64,000 bases of DNA, taken from the NCBI RefSeq assembly GCF_009914755.1, contig NC_060933.1; one strand, written 5' to 3'. Shown here piece by piece: positions 14,516 through 28,549 of the stretch. The DNA is from the human T2T-CHM13v2.0 reference genome, Homo sapiens. Under the pieces are notes generated by a model. The model saw nothing but the letters and a program-made list of their open reading frames with translations, did not search any database and was not told where the DNA came from. Positions within the stretch are counted from its first letter, which is position 1. Each line of letters opens with the position of its first letter. Both the position numbers and the translations under genes were made by a program.

Positions 14516-15524
14516 GGGTCCAAGAATTTTAAGAAGCAAAAGCCCACTGGCTTTGGCCACACTTGGAAGGTTTGGAAATGGAACATTCAAAGGTCACTGT
14601 CAGCTCTTTGTGGTCACGGTTCTGGGGGGCAAATCCTCTCATGTTGGACACTCATTCTGGCAGCTTTTTGACAACCTCTTTCCACAGGGTGGAGAATTTT
14701 CTCAAAATTAAATCTCTGGCTCTTTGCTCCCTAATGAAATTGATTTCTGCCTTGACAGACAACAAAGCTTTCATTTTATTATTTGGCTTGGGTTTGACCA
14801 CATTAATTATTGCTGTTTTTTGTTCCCCCTGCACGTCTGCAAGTAATTGAGTTCCACAAAGTTACTTACTATAGGAACTGATTGCTTCCTGAAAACACAG
14901 ATCCCACAGAAGTAAAACAGGCAACCCTAGCTTCTTCAGAGATGACATTTTGGTTAGGGTTGGAACAATTCAGAACAGGAAAATGTATTTTCCTAGCCTG
15001 AAAATCTGAACTCAACATGGAGTTATGCGAATATTTGGAGACTGTGAGTCTGAAATGTGGGTGTCCGGGTCACACCATCTCCTGCGTTTGTTGCCTCAGT
15101 CATCTTACCATCGATGTGTCAGAATCCTACACTGCCTCGAGTTTCTAATCACTGTTACTGGCATCATTCTTCCTGCCTCTGAGAACACTCTGCAGACGCC
15201 TGTTCAAGCTATACCAGGAGCTAAGAAAAGCCTGCCCGGCACCGTGCAAATGCATTTCTCCCTGCGAGGTTGTGTTCGGCCTCGGTGGGGCATACGCCTT
15301 TAGTGCCAGGAGGAAATGACGGGCACACGGCTTGCTCTCTGGCAGACTGGGAAGTGGTGGGGAGTTGTTGAAGGGATGGAGGGCTGGGATGTAGAGCACT
15401 GCTATGGCCACAGGTGAGCCCCTCATCTCTCTGAGCCCGTCTCCTTCAGCGTAAAGTGAGTTGCTGTGGGGAGTCAGAGAGAGCTGACTAGGGCTTCAGA
15501 GTGTACAAAATCGTGGTCCTGGAC

Positions 15525-15700
15525 CACGATTGCATTTATGCCTCACAACGATCCTGAGATGTAGGAACTATTACTCTCCCCATTGTACAGATGCAGAAAT
15601 GGAGGCCATACAGCTAGTAAGACGCAGAATCGAGATCTGAACCAGGGAGGGATTCTGGCTCCAGGTGGTCTACCTTCTTAGCCACGATACTCTATGCTTT
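15525..15700. mobile_element. MIR
   Basis: cctcacaacgatcctgagatgtaggaactattactctccccattgtacagatgcagaaatggagg core. Confidence 0.65.
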
Positions 15701-15861
15701 TTCTCTACTGAGCCAATTAAAGTACCCCCAAATAACTGAGGCACAGAGAAGTTACAAAGAAAATCTCAAGACAGAGCCGGAACCAGAAATGCGTTTCCTA
15801 ACTCCATAGCCAATGAGCTTCCTGCTCTGCCTCATTAAAGAAAAAAAAAATCTCTATTATA

Positions 15862-16174
<313 letters not shown>

Positions 16175-16620
16175 TCACTGTGGAAAATCCAGAAAACACA
16201 AATCTAAAATAAAAAGAAGATAAAAACCTGCCATTTCATCACCACAGACAGTGGTTAATCACAATTTGGCATAGTGCCTTCCTATATTTTTCCCACACAC
16301 ATGCGTACATGCATGTGATATACGGCTACCGACTGGGCTGACCTTTGCAATCTGATTTTATTACAATCATGGCTCATTTTGCATGTTGTGATTACTTTTC
16401 TCCCAAATATAATCTCCAAACGTTTCCTGAGTACCTATCATGTGCCAGGCCCTCTGGGGTGTTGAGACCAAAAGACACATTCCCAAAGAACGCTCAGCCA
16501 AGAAAGGTTCCTAGCAGATGACAAATCATTTCACACTACAACCCTGAGGGTCAAAATCAGATGTTAGATGGCAAATTTAGAAAGCAAGGTCCCAGGGTTT
16601 ATGTACCTAGATTTTTTTCC

Positions 16621-16683
16621 TGGGGGGTTTCTAGTAAAAACTGGAAAATCTGCTAGACAAATTCTAGAAGAGCTGTAACATTT
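16621..16683 (-). pseudogene. RNU7-124P: U7 snRNA retropseudogene
   Basis: Minus strand AAATGTTACAGCTCTTCTAGAATTTGTCTAGCAGATTTTCCAGTTTTTACTAGAAACCCCCCA aligns along U7 snRNA, with intact U7-specific Sm site AATTTGTCTAG (16663-16653), then a short A-run and an 11-nt TSD with one mismatch (16598-16608 / 16682-16692). U7 identity is firm; the RNU7-124P label is from memory and unverified. Confidence 0.88.
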
Positions 16684-19600
16684 TATGCACCTCAAACTGG
16701 AAACAAAAACTGGGTGACATTTTACAAAACAGAGAGAGGCTCTGTCACTTCCAAGGGAAAACTGAACAGCCAGCTACCCTAGCCAAGTTGGGACCTTAGG
16801 GAGGAAGGACACTGCATACGGCCTTTCCTCTAATCTCCAACTTAAATGTCCTTGTTGCTTAAATGTCCTGTTGCTTCCCCATAACTTCCCCAGTTTTCTC
16901 CTCTCAAACATCTTAACATCTGAAGTCCTCCTCAACTGGCCCCTCCTCCAGGAAGACTTCCAAGATGCCCCTAGTCAGACTTACTTTCTTTCTCCCTCGC
17001 TTTGTCTTCTGCCACACCTCTGTACATCACAGTACTTCCCTACTGTCCTGTCTCCTTGTCTGGACTGTGAGCTCAGAGGCTGACATGTCTTTGTCTCCTC
17101 ACCCAGCTGACAGCCCAGGGCACGATAAGAGCTCAGTGGTGAAAGCCATGCTGCTGACTTGTCTATAAGCTCCGCCCTGAAAGCCTGTGCTTAAAACGTG
17201 GCAGGGTGATCTCCAAGCTGCCTGAGGCCATAAGCAGAGTGTGGATTTTCCAAAAGAAATGGCAAAAATAAAATTAAAATTAAAAAATGGTTTTAATTAA
17301 AGCATTTGGAATAAGCTAGCTTTGCCAAACCCAATTGTTTCTGATATTCCTCTTGGGTGAAATAATCTTTAAAAAGATAAGAAAAAAAAAAAAAGCAAAG
17401 CATTATTAAAAGTGGCAAACACTCGTGCTGGAAGGAGGATGGAGGCTGCTCACAGGGGAGCTTCCTAGAGAAGAGCAGGTGAAAGACATAGACCCGCGGA
17501 TGGAACAGCCTCTGCTCCAACAGAGGGCAAGGGCGCCTGCGTGCGAGTGTGCCGCATACACAACAAAACCTCATTTTATAGCCCTAGCATTTGAACTGCG
17601 GGAGCGAAGACAAGGGCTATAAAATTTGACATCTGATTTTATAAATCTGCCTCAAGGACTGACAATGTCTGTGGAGAAAATGAGAGAAGAATATACAGTG
17701 CTTACGGGGCTCCAAAGGGTGATAACCCTGGGGTGGGAGCTGGGACTTCTGGGGGCTCTACCAGCAGCCTTCCAGAGGACCTCAGGAAGGTCCTCTTGCC
17801 TTCCTGTGCCTCAGTTGACCCCACCAGGGTCTTGACCTGGATGATTCAACTCCCTTTGGGCTCTGACTCCCCAAAAGTCTGGGGAACAGTCAGGCCCTGC
17901 CTTAACACTGGGATTTTACCACGTGAAGTTAGCTGCTTCAAGCCCCACCGAATGCCTCTAGGTAAGGGCCAATCATGTTTCCTGTGGGGCCTTTGTATCG
18001 CTTACCCAGCTATCAGTAAAATAAGCCCCTACAGCACAAAGGCTCTGCAAACCACCCTACCTGCATCTGTGCAGCCTCTCAGAGTTTACAAGAGCTTCCA
18101 CTGCCATTGCAAATCTGGGCCTCAGGGCTCAGAGGCTGAGACGGGAAGTGACTCACTGGTGACCTCCTGGCTGGTAGGAATGGTGGGATTCAGGCTGTAA
18201 TCCCCGGGCTCCTGATCACAGCCTTCCTCTCCATGCAGCCACCCTTTCACTGATAGCAGATGTGACGTCTGCAGCTGTCCTCGTGGCCTTCCCTGCAGCA
18301 CCCTCTATGCCTTCTCCCAAGTCGCCAACCAACTCATTCCCAGATGGCTTTTGCAAAAATATTGTTAAATAATTCAAATTAACAAGATGTTAGAAATGTG
18401 ATTGGAAAGAAATGTTTTTCTCATTTGGAGAGACCACCCAATGCCTCAGAAGGCAACTGTCCCGGGGCACGAGAGGTTTCCTGGAGACAGACGGGCAGTT
18501 GGAATGCTTCCCTGGTGGCGGAGCCGCACAGGCAGATTTATGTGGGCTGATACGAGACAATTAAAAACCGGCTGGAAATGTAATCGCGGCTGCTCAGATG
18601 CTGGAGAAGACCAAGGAGCTCCGGTAAAACAAAGGGCACTGCTCCATCCCTGGCTCAGACGGGAGACGCAGCAGTCCAGGGAGGGAACCCCAGCCTGTTG
18701 ACGGGCACGTCTGGCACTGCCGGGTTGGGGGGTGGTGCACTGGGCCGTGAACTGGCAGAGTGAGGCAGAATGAGAGCAGGCACCTCTTGCCTCTGCGTTT
18801 TAGGCAGCATTGGGAAGGGGGAAGCTGAGCTGCAGGGAGTCTGTTTTCCTGGTCTTTTCCAGGTCTACGTTGCAGCCGGGAGAGCCACTATCCACCCAGC
18901 TGCTCCGAAATCTGGATGTGGTCCTTGACTCCTCACTCCTCCTCCCTCTCATCAATTCTACCTCCACACACCTCTCCTTTCTACTCCCACTGCCCTAGTC
19001 CTTCTCTCCTGATCTATATCACACACCCAGGGCCAGATAGGGCTTCCTAAACTTCTCTCTCATCAGGTATGTAGGCCGCCTGCCACTGGCCCCTCTGAAT
19101 TGGCCTTGGCCTCCTAGTTTGCTACCAGATAGTCTCAGCATCATCAGCCTAGCACCTGAGTGCAAATGGAGAACTTCTAAGCTTAGCTGGAGCAAATGGC
19201 TGAGAAGGGTCAGGAAAGAACAGTGGTCCAGGAGCTGGGCAGGCTCAGCCTCTGCCCCTCCCTGACAACACGGCCTTAAGACAGGTTAAGCCCCTTTGAG
19301 CCTCTGTTTCCTCTTCTGTAAAGTAGGAGCAATGAGTTGCGCTTTCTTCACAGCTCCTTGAGGGCTGGACCCAGAGAAGAAACTAGACTCTTCTATTTGG
19401 GTCATGGATGCTGACACTGTTGGCTCAGAACCAGCCCCTCTGGTTTCAGGTCTCTGGGCTTTCTCCATGTCACCACTGCCTGGGGAAAGGGGTCTGAGAA
19501 ATGCTGGGCACAGGGCTCATGGTCACAGGTCCTGTCAGAAAATCCAGCTTTGGTCCAGAGAACTAGTTGGCCATTGGCTGGGCTTCTCAGGGCCTGCTAG

Positions 19601-21189
19601 GGAGGAATGGGGGTGTTTCTATTCCGAGAGACCCCACAAGGTAGAAAGAGGCCTCGAGCTGTGTTGCAATCTCATCTCTTTACTCATTAACTGTGACGTA
19701 ATGTGAACACCAGTTTCTTTATCTGTAAAAATGATGGCAATGGTTGCTACTCTTCTTGAACATACTATCACAGTGTGAAAGCTGGCTATTCCCAAATATC
19801 AGGCCCTGTGCTGGGCATGCTGACCCGTATCACCTCACTCACATGTTACAGCAGCCCAGAGCAGGTGGCGGGGCAGGATTTACACTTGCTGTGCTAGAGA
19901 GTAAACAGAGGGCTCAGAGAATATGCAGAACTCAAACTAGGGTCTGTCTGAACCCTTCAGAAAGGAAGGGTGCAAATCATGGTGACTAGTTTGGGATCCC
20001 GTAACTTGTCAGAGGCAGAGCTAGGATTTGAACCCAGGTCTCCTGGGCATAGGCCCAGGGCTGTTCCTACACTCTCCACCCCCACTGCACCAGAATCACC
20101 AAAGCACCAGGCTCAGAGTCCAGAAGAGGTGCCAGTCTAATGTTGAGGGTGGCGTCCTTGGCAATGTTTTACCACCAGCAGGGCACATTTTCTCAGTAAT
20201 TCTGAATAAAGGGAAATGTCATCTAATATTCCTCACAGTGTCCCCTCAATGGTGCACTCTCTTATCCTGCAAGGCATCTGCACATTCTAAAGTTCACTGT
20301 TCTCATTTAGTCCTCTGCAAAGAGTGTTTGAGGAGTCTCTGTTTTGCCTACAGCAGTGGCTTCTAATTGTGGCATTTCTTTTAAACCTTTTAGAAGGAGA
20401 AAACACGAAGCACGCTAATTGAGCAGAAAGTTCATTTTTCCTCCATGAGCCCTGAAAGGACATGAAATCCTCCATGCGATAAGAGCAAAGAGACAGACCC
20501 CCTCTTCCCCCACCACCCCTGCTGCCCTGACTCAGGCTGGCTCAAATGCTGCTAGCAAACAGCTTGCCTGCTGGGAAAGCCAGAGGCAGGCAAGCTTCTT
20601 CCTCTTTCTGGGCCTCAGTATCTCCACTTGTTCAAGATATTGGACCAGAAAATTGAAAAAGTCTCTTTCTGTTCCCTAAACCCCAAGATTTCTGCTTAGG
20701 GTATTCCTGGAGCTGCTACCTTGACTGGCTGCCAACATGCTTCCCTATGAGATGAGGAGGCCAGACCACAAGTTCGGAAGATGGGCAGGAGAGCTGGAGG
20801 GGCAGCAGCATGGTGATGAAAAAGGATACCTGTTGAGTGGTCATCATCTCCAGCTCCTGATGAGCAACTAGGAGGTCAGAGAAGTTCACTCATTCATCCA
20901 AGGTCACACCAAAGCACAACGTACAGAGTGCAAGAGAGGTGAGAGGTTCAAGACAGGTTATCCAGGAAGAGGGGAGCCTGGATTGGACTCCAGTTCTGTG
21001 AGATTCTCTAGCATTCTTTCCAGCTGTAGCCAATAAAATCTAGAACCCATCATCGTAAAGGACAGTGGATGTGGGCACAGATGGAGACTTCCAGGTTGAA
21101 CCCAGACAATTTGCAATGCACTGGGACACACCGAGCTCTTTCCCCAACAACCCGTGGCTCTCTGAGGTCCATAATAAAGACATTTGAGC

Positions 21190-21375
21190 TACCACTGATA
21201 GAGCACTCACTATATGCTGGAGCATATGCTAAGCACTTCACATATATTGTGTCTTCATTAATACACCTGTGAAACCCATTTTATAGATGAGAAAACCAAG
21301 GCTCAGAGATGTTCAGTCCCTTTGCCCAACACTACCCTGTTAGTATGTGGCGGAGCTGGGTTTCAAGAGCCTAAG
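21190..21375. mobile_element. MIR
   Basis: gagcactcactatatgctgg...cccattttatagatgagaaaaccaaggctcagagat core. Confidence 0.7.
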
Positions 21376-24300
21376 CCAAGACCCAGAGCCATTGTCTTCA
21401 CCGCTGTGCAGAGCTCCCTCTGTTGGGGGAGTCATGGGGCACATGGCCAGGAGCTCAGGGCCCCTGCAACCACTGCTGAGCAGTGTGGGGGTCCTGAGGC
21501 AAGCAGTACTGTACCTGAGCTGCACACACCTGCCTTCCCTGAAGTTTGCTCTTAAAAGGCTTCATCATCCCTGCAGGGGCCTGGCTGGGGAATACAGTGA
21601 CCTACTAAGTCCACTGTCAGGTATTCAGGTATGCTGGGGCTGTGTGGGGAACTCAACAATGGCCAGGGAGGTCCCACTGTGGCCTTGCAGGGACCACCCT
21701 GGTGGCTCACACATGGGAGCAAGCAACCACCACGGAGCTAGGTGTCTGGAGTCTCAGATGTTAACCCAACAAGGGGATGCTTGGACGGCAGAAGGAAGTG
21801 GAGACTTGCTCCCTGCTGATAGATGAGGGGAGAGCAGCCTTTCCTCATATCCCCACTCCCACTGGCCCCTAAACCTTTATTATTTCTTTCTCCTAGCTGT
21901 CAGCAGCAACAAACTAAGATTAATCACTTGCCTGCCTGGACCCAGACATGCCTACTGTTTGAAAACTCTCTCCTTTGCTATATTAATCAATGAAGGGACA
22001 GACAAAAGAAAAACAACCCTAACTGCCACGCACCCCCAGTGCCCCTCAGCTCTTCTTGGCCCTGTTACACCCACCCAACCTCCTTCGGAGCTACAGGAGG
22101 TATTTGCCGGCTAAAGACTGAGTACCCAGCAGTCAACACAAACCCGGCTGCTCTAAGCCGGATACAAATAGACGTCATCAAGCAATCTGAAGGACAGGAG
22201 GCAAGTTCTTGATAATGTCGTGCTCCTCCTTCCCTCCTTGGAGGAGATGGGACCTTCCTGCCATCCTTGGACTGAGAGGAAAGTGGTCTAGTCATAGAAC
22301 CCTTAAACTGGAAGCAAGTTTACTAATCAGACCCCAGACCCTCATTTTATCGATGCAAGTGGAGAAGATACCTGCCAGATACCTGCCCAAGTCACCTAGT
22401 GCAGCAGGGACAGCCTGGACTCACCCAGGGCTCTGTCTACTCTGCTGCTTCCGTGGTGATTTCTGAAGGCTCTGGAAAAGCTGGGAGAAGCAGAGACTGG
22501 TATATACTGAGCACCATCTATGTGTAGGGCTTATCTGCCAAGCCTTACTTCTTGCTGAGGCAAGCATCCCGTGATGCTCAGGAAGGTGCAGTACCTTGCC
22601 CAGCATCAGGTGCGGGGAAAGAGATGGAAGCAGGACTTGGATTCAGATATCTGACTGCAGAGCCTGTGTTGTCCCTCTCCATCTTGAAAAGGGCTGCCTC
22701 GGTCTCCTGGGATGCCTGCCCACGTGCTGTTCGCCTTCTGGACTCCTACATCAGGCCCCTCCCCAGCTCTCGGTCTGTGCCAGTTCACGTGGCATGTGTA
22801 GGGACATGGAGGGGAAGGGGGGGATCACTGGGGGGACAGGGAGGCAGAAGCTGGCATCCCTCCTCGCCAGTACTCATGGGCCCCCTAGTTCACTCATGGT
22901 TCTAGAATACAGCCCTGACAATAGCACTGCATCCTGTTTCAAACCTTGAGAACTCCCTGCTGCCTCACAGGTAAAGCCCCGACCCCTCCACCTGGTGATC
23001 AGGGCTACATCTCTCTTGGGCTCAGATGAATGTGTCATTTGTTGTTCTTAGGCAAGCTCCGCCCTGCCCTGTCTCTGGGCCCATTCTCTCTGCAGCCTGC
23101 CTTTTCTCCCCTGTGCATGGGTTTAAGACCTGCTCATCCTTCACATTCCCCTTCCTGATTCCTTCCCTCTTTCATAGCCTGGAAACTTTCATAGAAAGAG
23201 TACTTTCTACTTCGGGCAGCCCTGAACACATTCTCCGTGAGTTATAGGTGTAAGTGTCTTCCTTTCCTTGTGAGGCTGTGAGCTCCTGCAGGGCTACAGC
23301 TCATTCAGTAACTGACACTGGACGGGGCAGAGCTCATTGGCTGGGCTGGAGAGGCTGTGAACAACCAAGTGCCACAGCATGATGGAAACAGGCCAGACCC
23401 CAGAGGTGTCTCCTTAGGTCACGTTTGCAAGATGCCAGGCAATTTGCCTTCGGGGATTAGAAAGCCAAAGGTCCCTCCGTAAGGACTGTATGCAGCCATT
23501 AGCCCCACTGGCTTTGGGACTCTCACCACCTCAACCAAGCAGGGGCTGGGTCCTTGTCAAAGCTGCTGACTGCAGAGGCCTCAGAGGTGCCACTCGGTGC
23601 CCCTTCCCATGGGTCACACAGGATCCCTGCTCCATGAGGGCAGAGCCTGCCCAGCAGAACTGGAGGCCACAGCACTCACCCCGCCTCCCTGCTGTCTGCC
23701 CCCAGCTAGAAGTCCCCCAGTCTTTGAAGTCCTTCCCTCATCTTGTCCACATTCCTTTGCAAAAACTCACCAAACCAGAACTTGCCAAGACTCATTCGCA
23801 GGCCAAAGTGCCTGAAGAGCCTTTTAATGAGATTTTTTTCAAGGCTTTTCATCCCTTTCCTCCACTGCCAGCCTTTCCAGAGACAGGAAACTGTGTTAAG
23901 AGTTTGACATTTTCTTGCCAATTTCTCAGCTCAACCCTTTGCTCCCTGAGGCTGGAGTGAGAGTATCCAGGGGCCAGTGGTGGGTGCCAGGTCAATGAGT
24001 TGGCGGGCAGCCAAGGGAGAGAGTTCTGCAGGCAGGAGGGGATGAGGAAAGTGTTCAAGGGCAATCAGGCAGAATCGCCGAAGACGATTCACAGGTAGGG
24101 GCCCCTGCCATGGAGGGGGCTCTGAGATGTCATGAGGTGTGCAGGCGCCACTGTGGGTCACTGCAAGTGCAGAAAGTTGGGGGGTGGGATGCCGACAGGT
24201 GGCAGCTTGGGCTGATCCAGGGACCTGTCTGGTCACCACAGTGGGAAGCTGTCACCATCTCTGTGGTCAGTGGTCAGCTGCCAGCCGGGCAGCCTTACAC

Positions 24301-27300
24301 CAACCCTAAATCCCTTCTGGGTGTCAGTTTCCCCACCCCCATGAGGCAAAGGGACTAGAGTAAATGGGTCTCAAACACTTCTAGGTCTGACGTCAGAAGA
24401 CCTTTCGACTGAGTGTAAGGAATGCCGGGGAGGAGATGGGAGGACATGGCTGGGAGTCCCATGGCCTCCACTCCAGTCTTGGCTCTGCTGTGGACCCTGG
24501 CAGGCATTCGGCTTCCCCCAGCCTAAGATGAGGAAGAAAATGCCTCGCAGGACCTTGGTGAGTGCAACCTGCACGTCAGTGGCCCCATCACTGAGAACTG
24601 CATCTCAACTCTTCTGGGAGCCCCTGAGACCCGCCAAGGCTCTCCTGCACCTCCATGGCTCTGCCTGGGCTGTCCCCTCTACCTGAGCTGCCCTGCTAGC
24701 CGTCCCTGTCTGGGGAACACCTGCCTTCTCTTGAAGGTTCAGGTGCAGCCTTCTCCCTGCAGCTTCTCCTGACTCTCTGTGGCAGGGACTGCCCACCCAC
24801 ATGCCAGCTCTGGGCTCCCAAGACCCCCCTGTGCAGACCTGTGTACAACAAGACACAGGCTGGCCTGGCCAGGCTGAGCCCCTGGAGGCTGGGCCTGACT
24901 GTTCTCACCTCTGGACTCTCTCTGATGCCCAGCCCAGTGGCTGGTACGGAGGGCTCTGAAAAATATCTGCTGAGGGAAGGGTGCACGGGGTGTCCTCTGA
25001 GGCTGAACTCCCCCAGATCCTTTCTTCATCCTAGAACACCCTCAGGGCAGGACAAACTCACATGAAAATGGCCAGAGGCGGATAACCAGCATAGCTGGAA
25101 TTCCAGTGTCAATTTGCACCAAGCTCCTGACAGTGTCAAGAATGCCATTCCCCACCCACCCCTGCCAGGCAAGCCTTGAGTATTTGAGAGATCAGGCCCC
25201 TCACTTGGTGGCTGGCAAAGATGGTGCTTGCTCCAGGCAGCCAGGATATGCAGTACCAGGACGGTTCCCCTTGCGGTTGAGGTGATTCATTCCAGGGCAT
25301 TGCTCCCCAACCAGCAGCTGGACTGGCCATCGGGAGCTGGGGCTCCTCTGGGAAGCAAGTTCATCTCCCCTGAGTGGGTTGCCTGGCTCAGCCATAGGAT
25401 GCCCAGCCCAGCCCACCTCCCCAATTCTGGCATTCTTCAGGGGAAAGCTGGGCAGGTGAGAACAACCCCGGCCTTTGGAGGTGGTGATCTAATGCCTCTA
25501 GATCTGCATGCAAAACTAGACCTCACCTCCAGCTCCTTTGGGCTCAGATGGGTCACCCAAATGACAGTTCCTGATAATGAGGTCCATGGGATGGGTGCGG
25601 GAAGGCAAACACAGAGTTGATGGTAGAGGCTGCTGGGCTGCCTTCCCAGTCTCCCTCGACGTCCTCCCCTCACCTGGGAGGTGCAGGTGGTCCAGCCCAC
25701 AGATGGGGACATGGGGAGAGTTAGAGAACCCCTGATGTCATTGGTGGAGGTGGCCTTAGAGCCCATCAAAGCCCAACTCCCCACTGGACAGATGTAGGGG
25801 AAGAAACTTGGTCACACAGGGAGCAGCGAGTGGCAGGACAGGACTCCTATCCAGAATTCTGGACAATGGGTCCTTCCTGTGGCTCTTAAAAATGGACTTC
25901 AATCAAACTGCAGGGCTGACCCCAGGAAACAGGGGCAGGGTTATGGGAATCACACTAGATAACACTGACACAGCACTGTCTGGGCTGGGAACACTGTCTG
26001 TCAGCAGCTCATTGCCATACGCAGTGCACAGATGAGGACACTGAGGCCCCTATGGCGTGACTGGCCAAGGCCACAAGGCCAGTGAGTGCAGGAGGCCAGG
26101 CACGAGGCCCGTCCTCTACCTTCCCCACCAAACACAGCTGGGCCCTTGGGACTGCATGCCTACGCTGTGAGGGCAGAATCAACGTGTCGTCAAGGGTGGT
26201 CCTACCCTCTAGGGAATGGCACACCCCAGTGAGGAGGGGAAATGACGCTTCTGGCCCTCTGAGCCCCACTGTGAGCTGACATCTGGGCCTGCTTTTATAA
26301 CTGAGGGTACAATGCACAGGGGACTGAGAAATGTATTCTGCAGGAGACAGCTGGCACTATTACTTCTGCCACTGGGTCTAGGTTCCTTGTGTGCTCCCTG
26401 GTTGGGACCTCAGCCCTGGCACATCCTGGATACTCAATAGGCTGCTGTTCCCTCGAAGGCAGGTCTGCACTGGAGTCACCACAGGGCCCCAGTGCCAGCC
26501 CGGCAGGACCTTAGTTCAAGGGCTCAGTACTTCCCCACCTCTGCCTAGAAGAACAGGAAGCTGGAGCAGCTGATGGGGCTCTGGTCCTCTAGGATGAACG
26601 GCCCGGTTTGGCATGGAGTGCTCTGTCCTGTCCTCCCTGATCCTTTCGTGGAGGCCCCTCCAGGCCAGGCCCCCAGCCACGGGGATTCCAGGAGGAATGA
26701 GGTTCACTGAGGAACTCAGAGACAGATGGGGAGGGAGACAGAGTGATAACCCCCAATGACCAGCACCCCAGAGGGTCCCTGGAGCACTGAGGAAGCCCAG
26801 TATGCAGGGAAGGCTGGTGACACTTGAGTCCTGTCGCTGATGCCACCTGCTTCCTTTACCTCTCACAGCCCAGAAGAGCACCATTCACCTTGATGGCCCC
26901 ATCAGCATGCCTGGTGGTGTGCACGCCCCCCTGCTGCTGTCCTCTCCTCAGTCCAATTCCGCTCCTCTGGCTTTGGCCACCTTCTGCCCGGCCCCAGTTG
27001 CAGTTTAGCATATTGAACTTTCCTCGGCTGCCATAACTGACCCGATTCTTTCAGCCATCAGGTCTGATGGCAGACAACGAATTATGCAGGCACCAGCAGC
27101 CTAGAGAAGAGCAAGGTACCTATTTCTTGTTTGTCTTGAGTGCCCTACCCGCTAGGCTAGAAGTTCCCTCTGCATCCTCTCTGGTTTAGGCAGTGGTCCA
27201 GCCTTTGGTCTTATTCCCCTAGTGATGACAGGCTCACTACCTTGAGGCAGCTTGGGTAGCTCTAATTCTTGATCTGCTCTGGCTATTAGGAAACTTTTCC

Positions 27301-28549
27301 TCTTGCAGAGCTGGAATCTGTCTATGCATTGTCTGCCCACAAGTCCCCTGTCTGTACATCAGCTCCCTCTGCCCTGACAGTCCTTGAGAGATGCATGGTC
27401 CCCACCCCGTGTCCACATGCTCTCTCTTCTCTAGGTGGACTCCCACAGCCTGTGTGCCTTGCCCTACCTGCCTCTGCCCATGCCTGCCGCCCTCCTGACT
27501 CTGCAGTTTGTCACTGTCCCTCTCAGGGCAAAGCCCAGAAGTTGTGGGGGGAGGGGTCAGTCGTGAGCAGAGAACACAGGCCAGTTTCACCTTCCTTGGT
27601 TTTACTGAAGCCTCTGTCTACAGGGCCGGCATGTGTGTGAGCTCTCCTGACAACCGTGTCCCTGCAGGCCGGCTCTCCCTCCCATGGCCTCTAACAGCGG
27701 TAAGTGGGACAGAGAGGATGCCAGGCAGAGGGATTCACTGCTTCTGGGGGATCTGTGCTGGCTGAAGAGCCTGGGTTTACACCCCAGTTATGTCACCAGC
27801 TCTCTATATGTCCTTGGCAAATCCCTTCTTTTTCTGGACCTCAGTTTTTCTGTAAAATGGGTTTAGGCATTCTTTTGGGTCCCGTCCAGCAATAGCACCC
27901 AACTAAAACATGCTTTTCTTATTTCTGGGCCTGCCCATCCTGACAGAAATGCCTCACAGGTCAGAAAGACCTGAAAGTTTCCAAAGCTGCGATAGGCAGT
28001 AACACCACCTCTTCCCAGTGCTCCTCCTAGACTTTGTGCAACACCCAAACTCAGGCCCACACAAACCGCAAGCCAGAGCTAGGTCATGCTCACAGTGGCA
28101 GAGAGTCATGGGCTGGTCACAAGTCCTGGCCCAGCCACTTGGGCCAGCCACACCCACCTCCGTGAACCTGTTTACTCATCTGCAAATTGGCGACGATATG
28201 TTCCTCAAAAAAATCAAAGGACCATCGTCGTGGGCTTTGAGAGCAGGATGAGGCATGCTAGGAACTTCGTACCACCCCGGCTCACAGCAGATGTGAAAGC
28301 TTTCTTGGATAGTTAATACAAAATCCTAGAAAAAGGCCCCTCATCTTCTGGAAGGGCAGCAACAGTGAACATAAAAACTCCTCTGTATCCCAGGAGAATA
28401 GGATCAAATTGAAAAACCCAGGCCTAAAATAACGTGTGCTGGCAAGTTTCCCAGGGGACACTGGCGGGTTTTTCTGCCACAGACACGGTGGCCGGCTGCG
28501 CTCGCAGAGGCTGCCGAGGAGGGCTGGGGGTGCTCGGGGCGGCACTCAC

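Noticed and set aside
16841-16876. Imperfect 16-17-nt tandem duplication (similar ones at 36257-36284 and 43833-43869)
   Set aside because: Common slippage products with no evident function.
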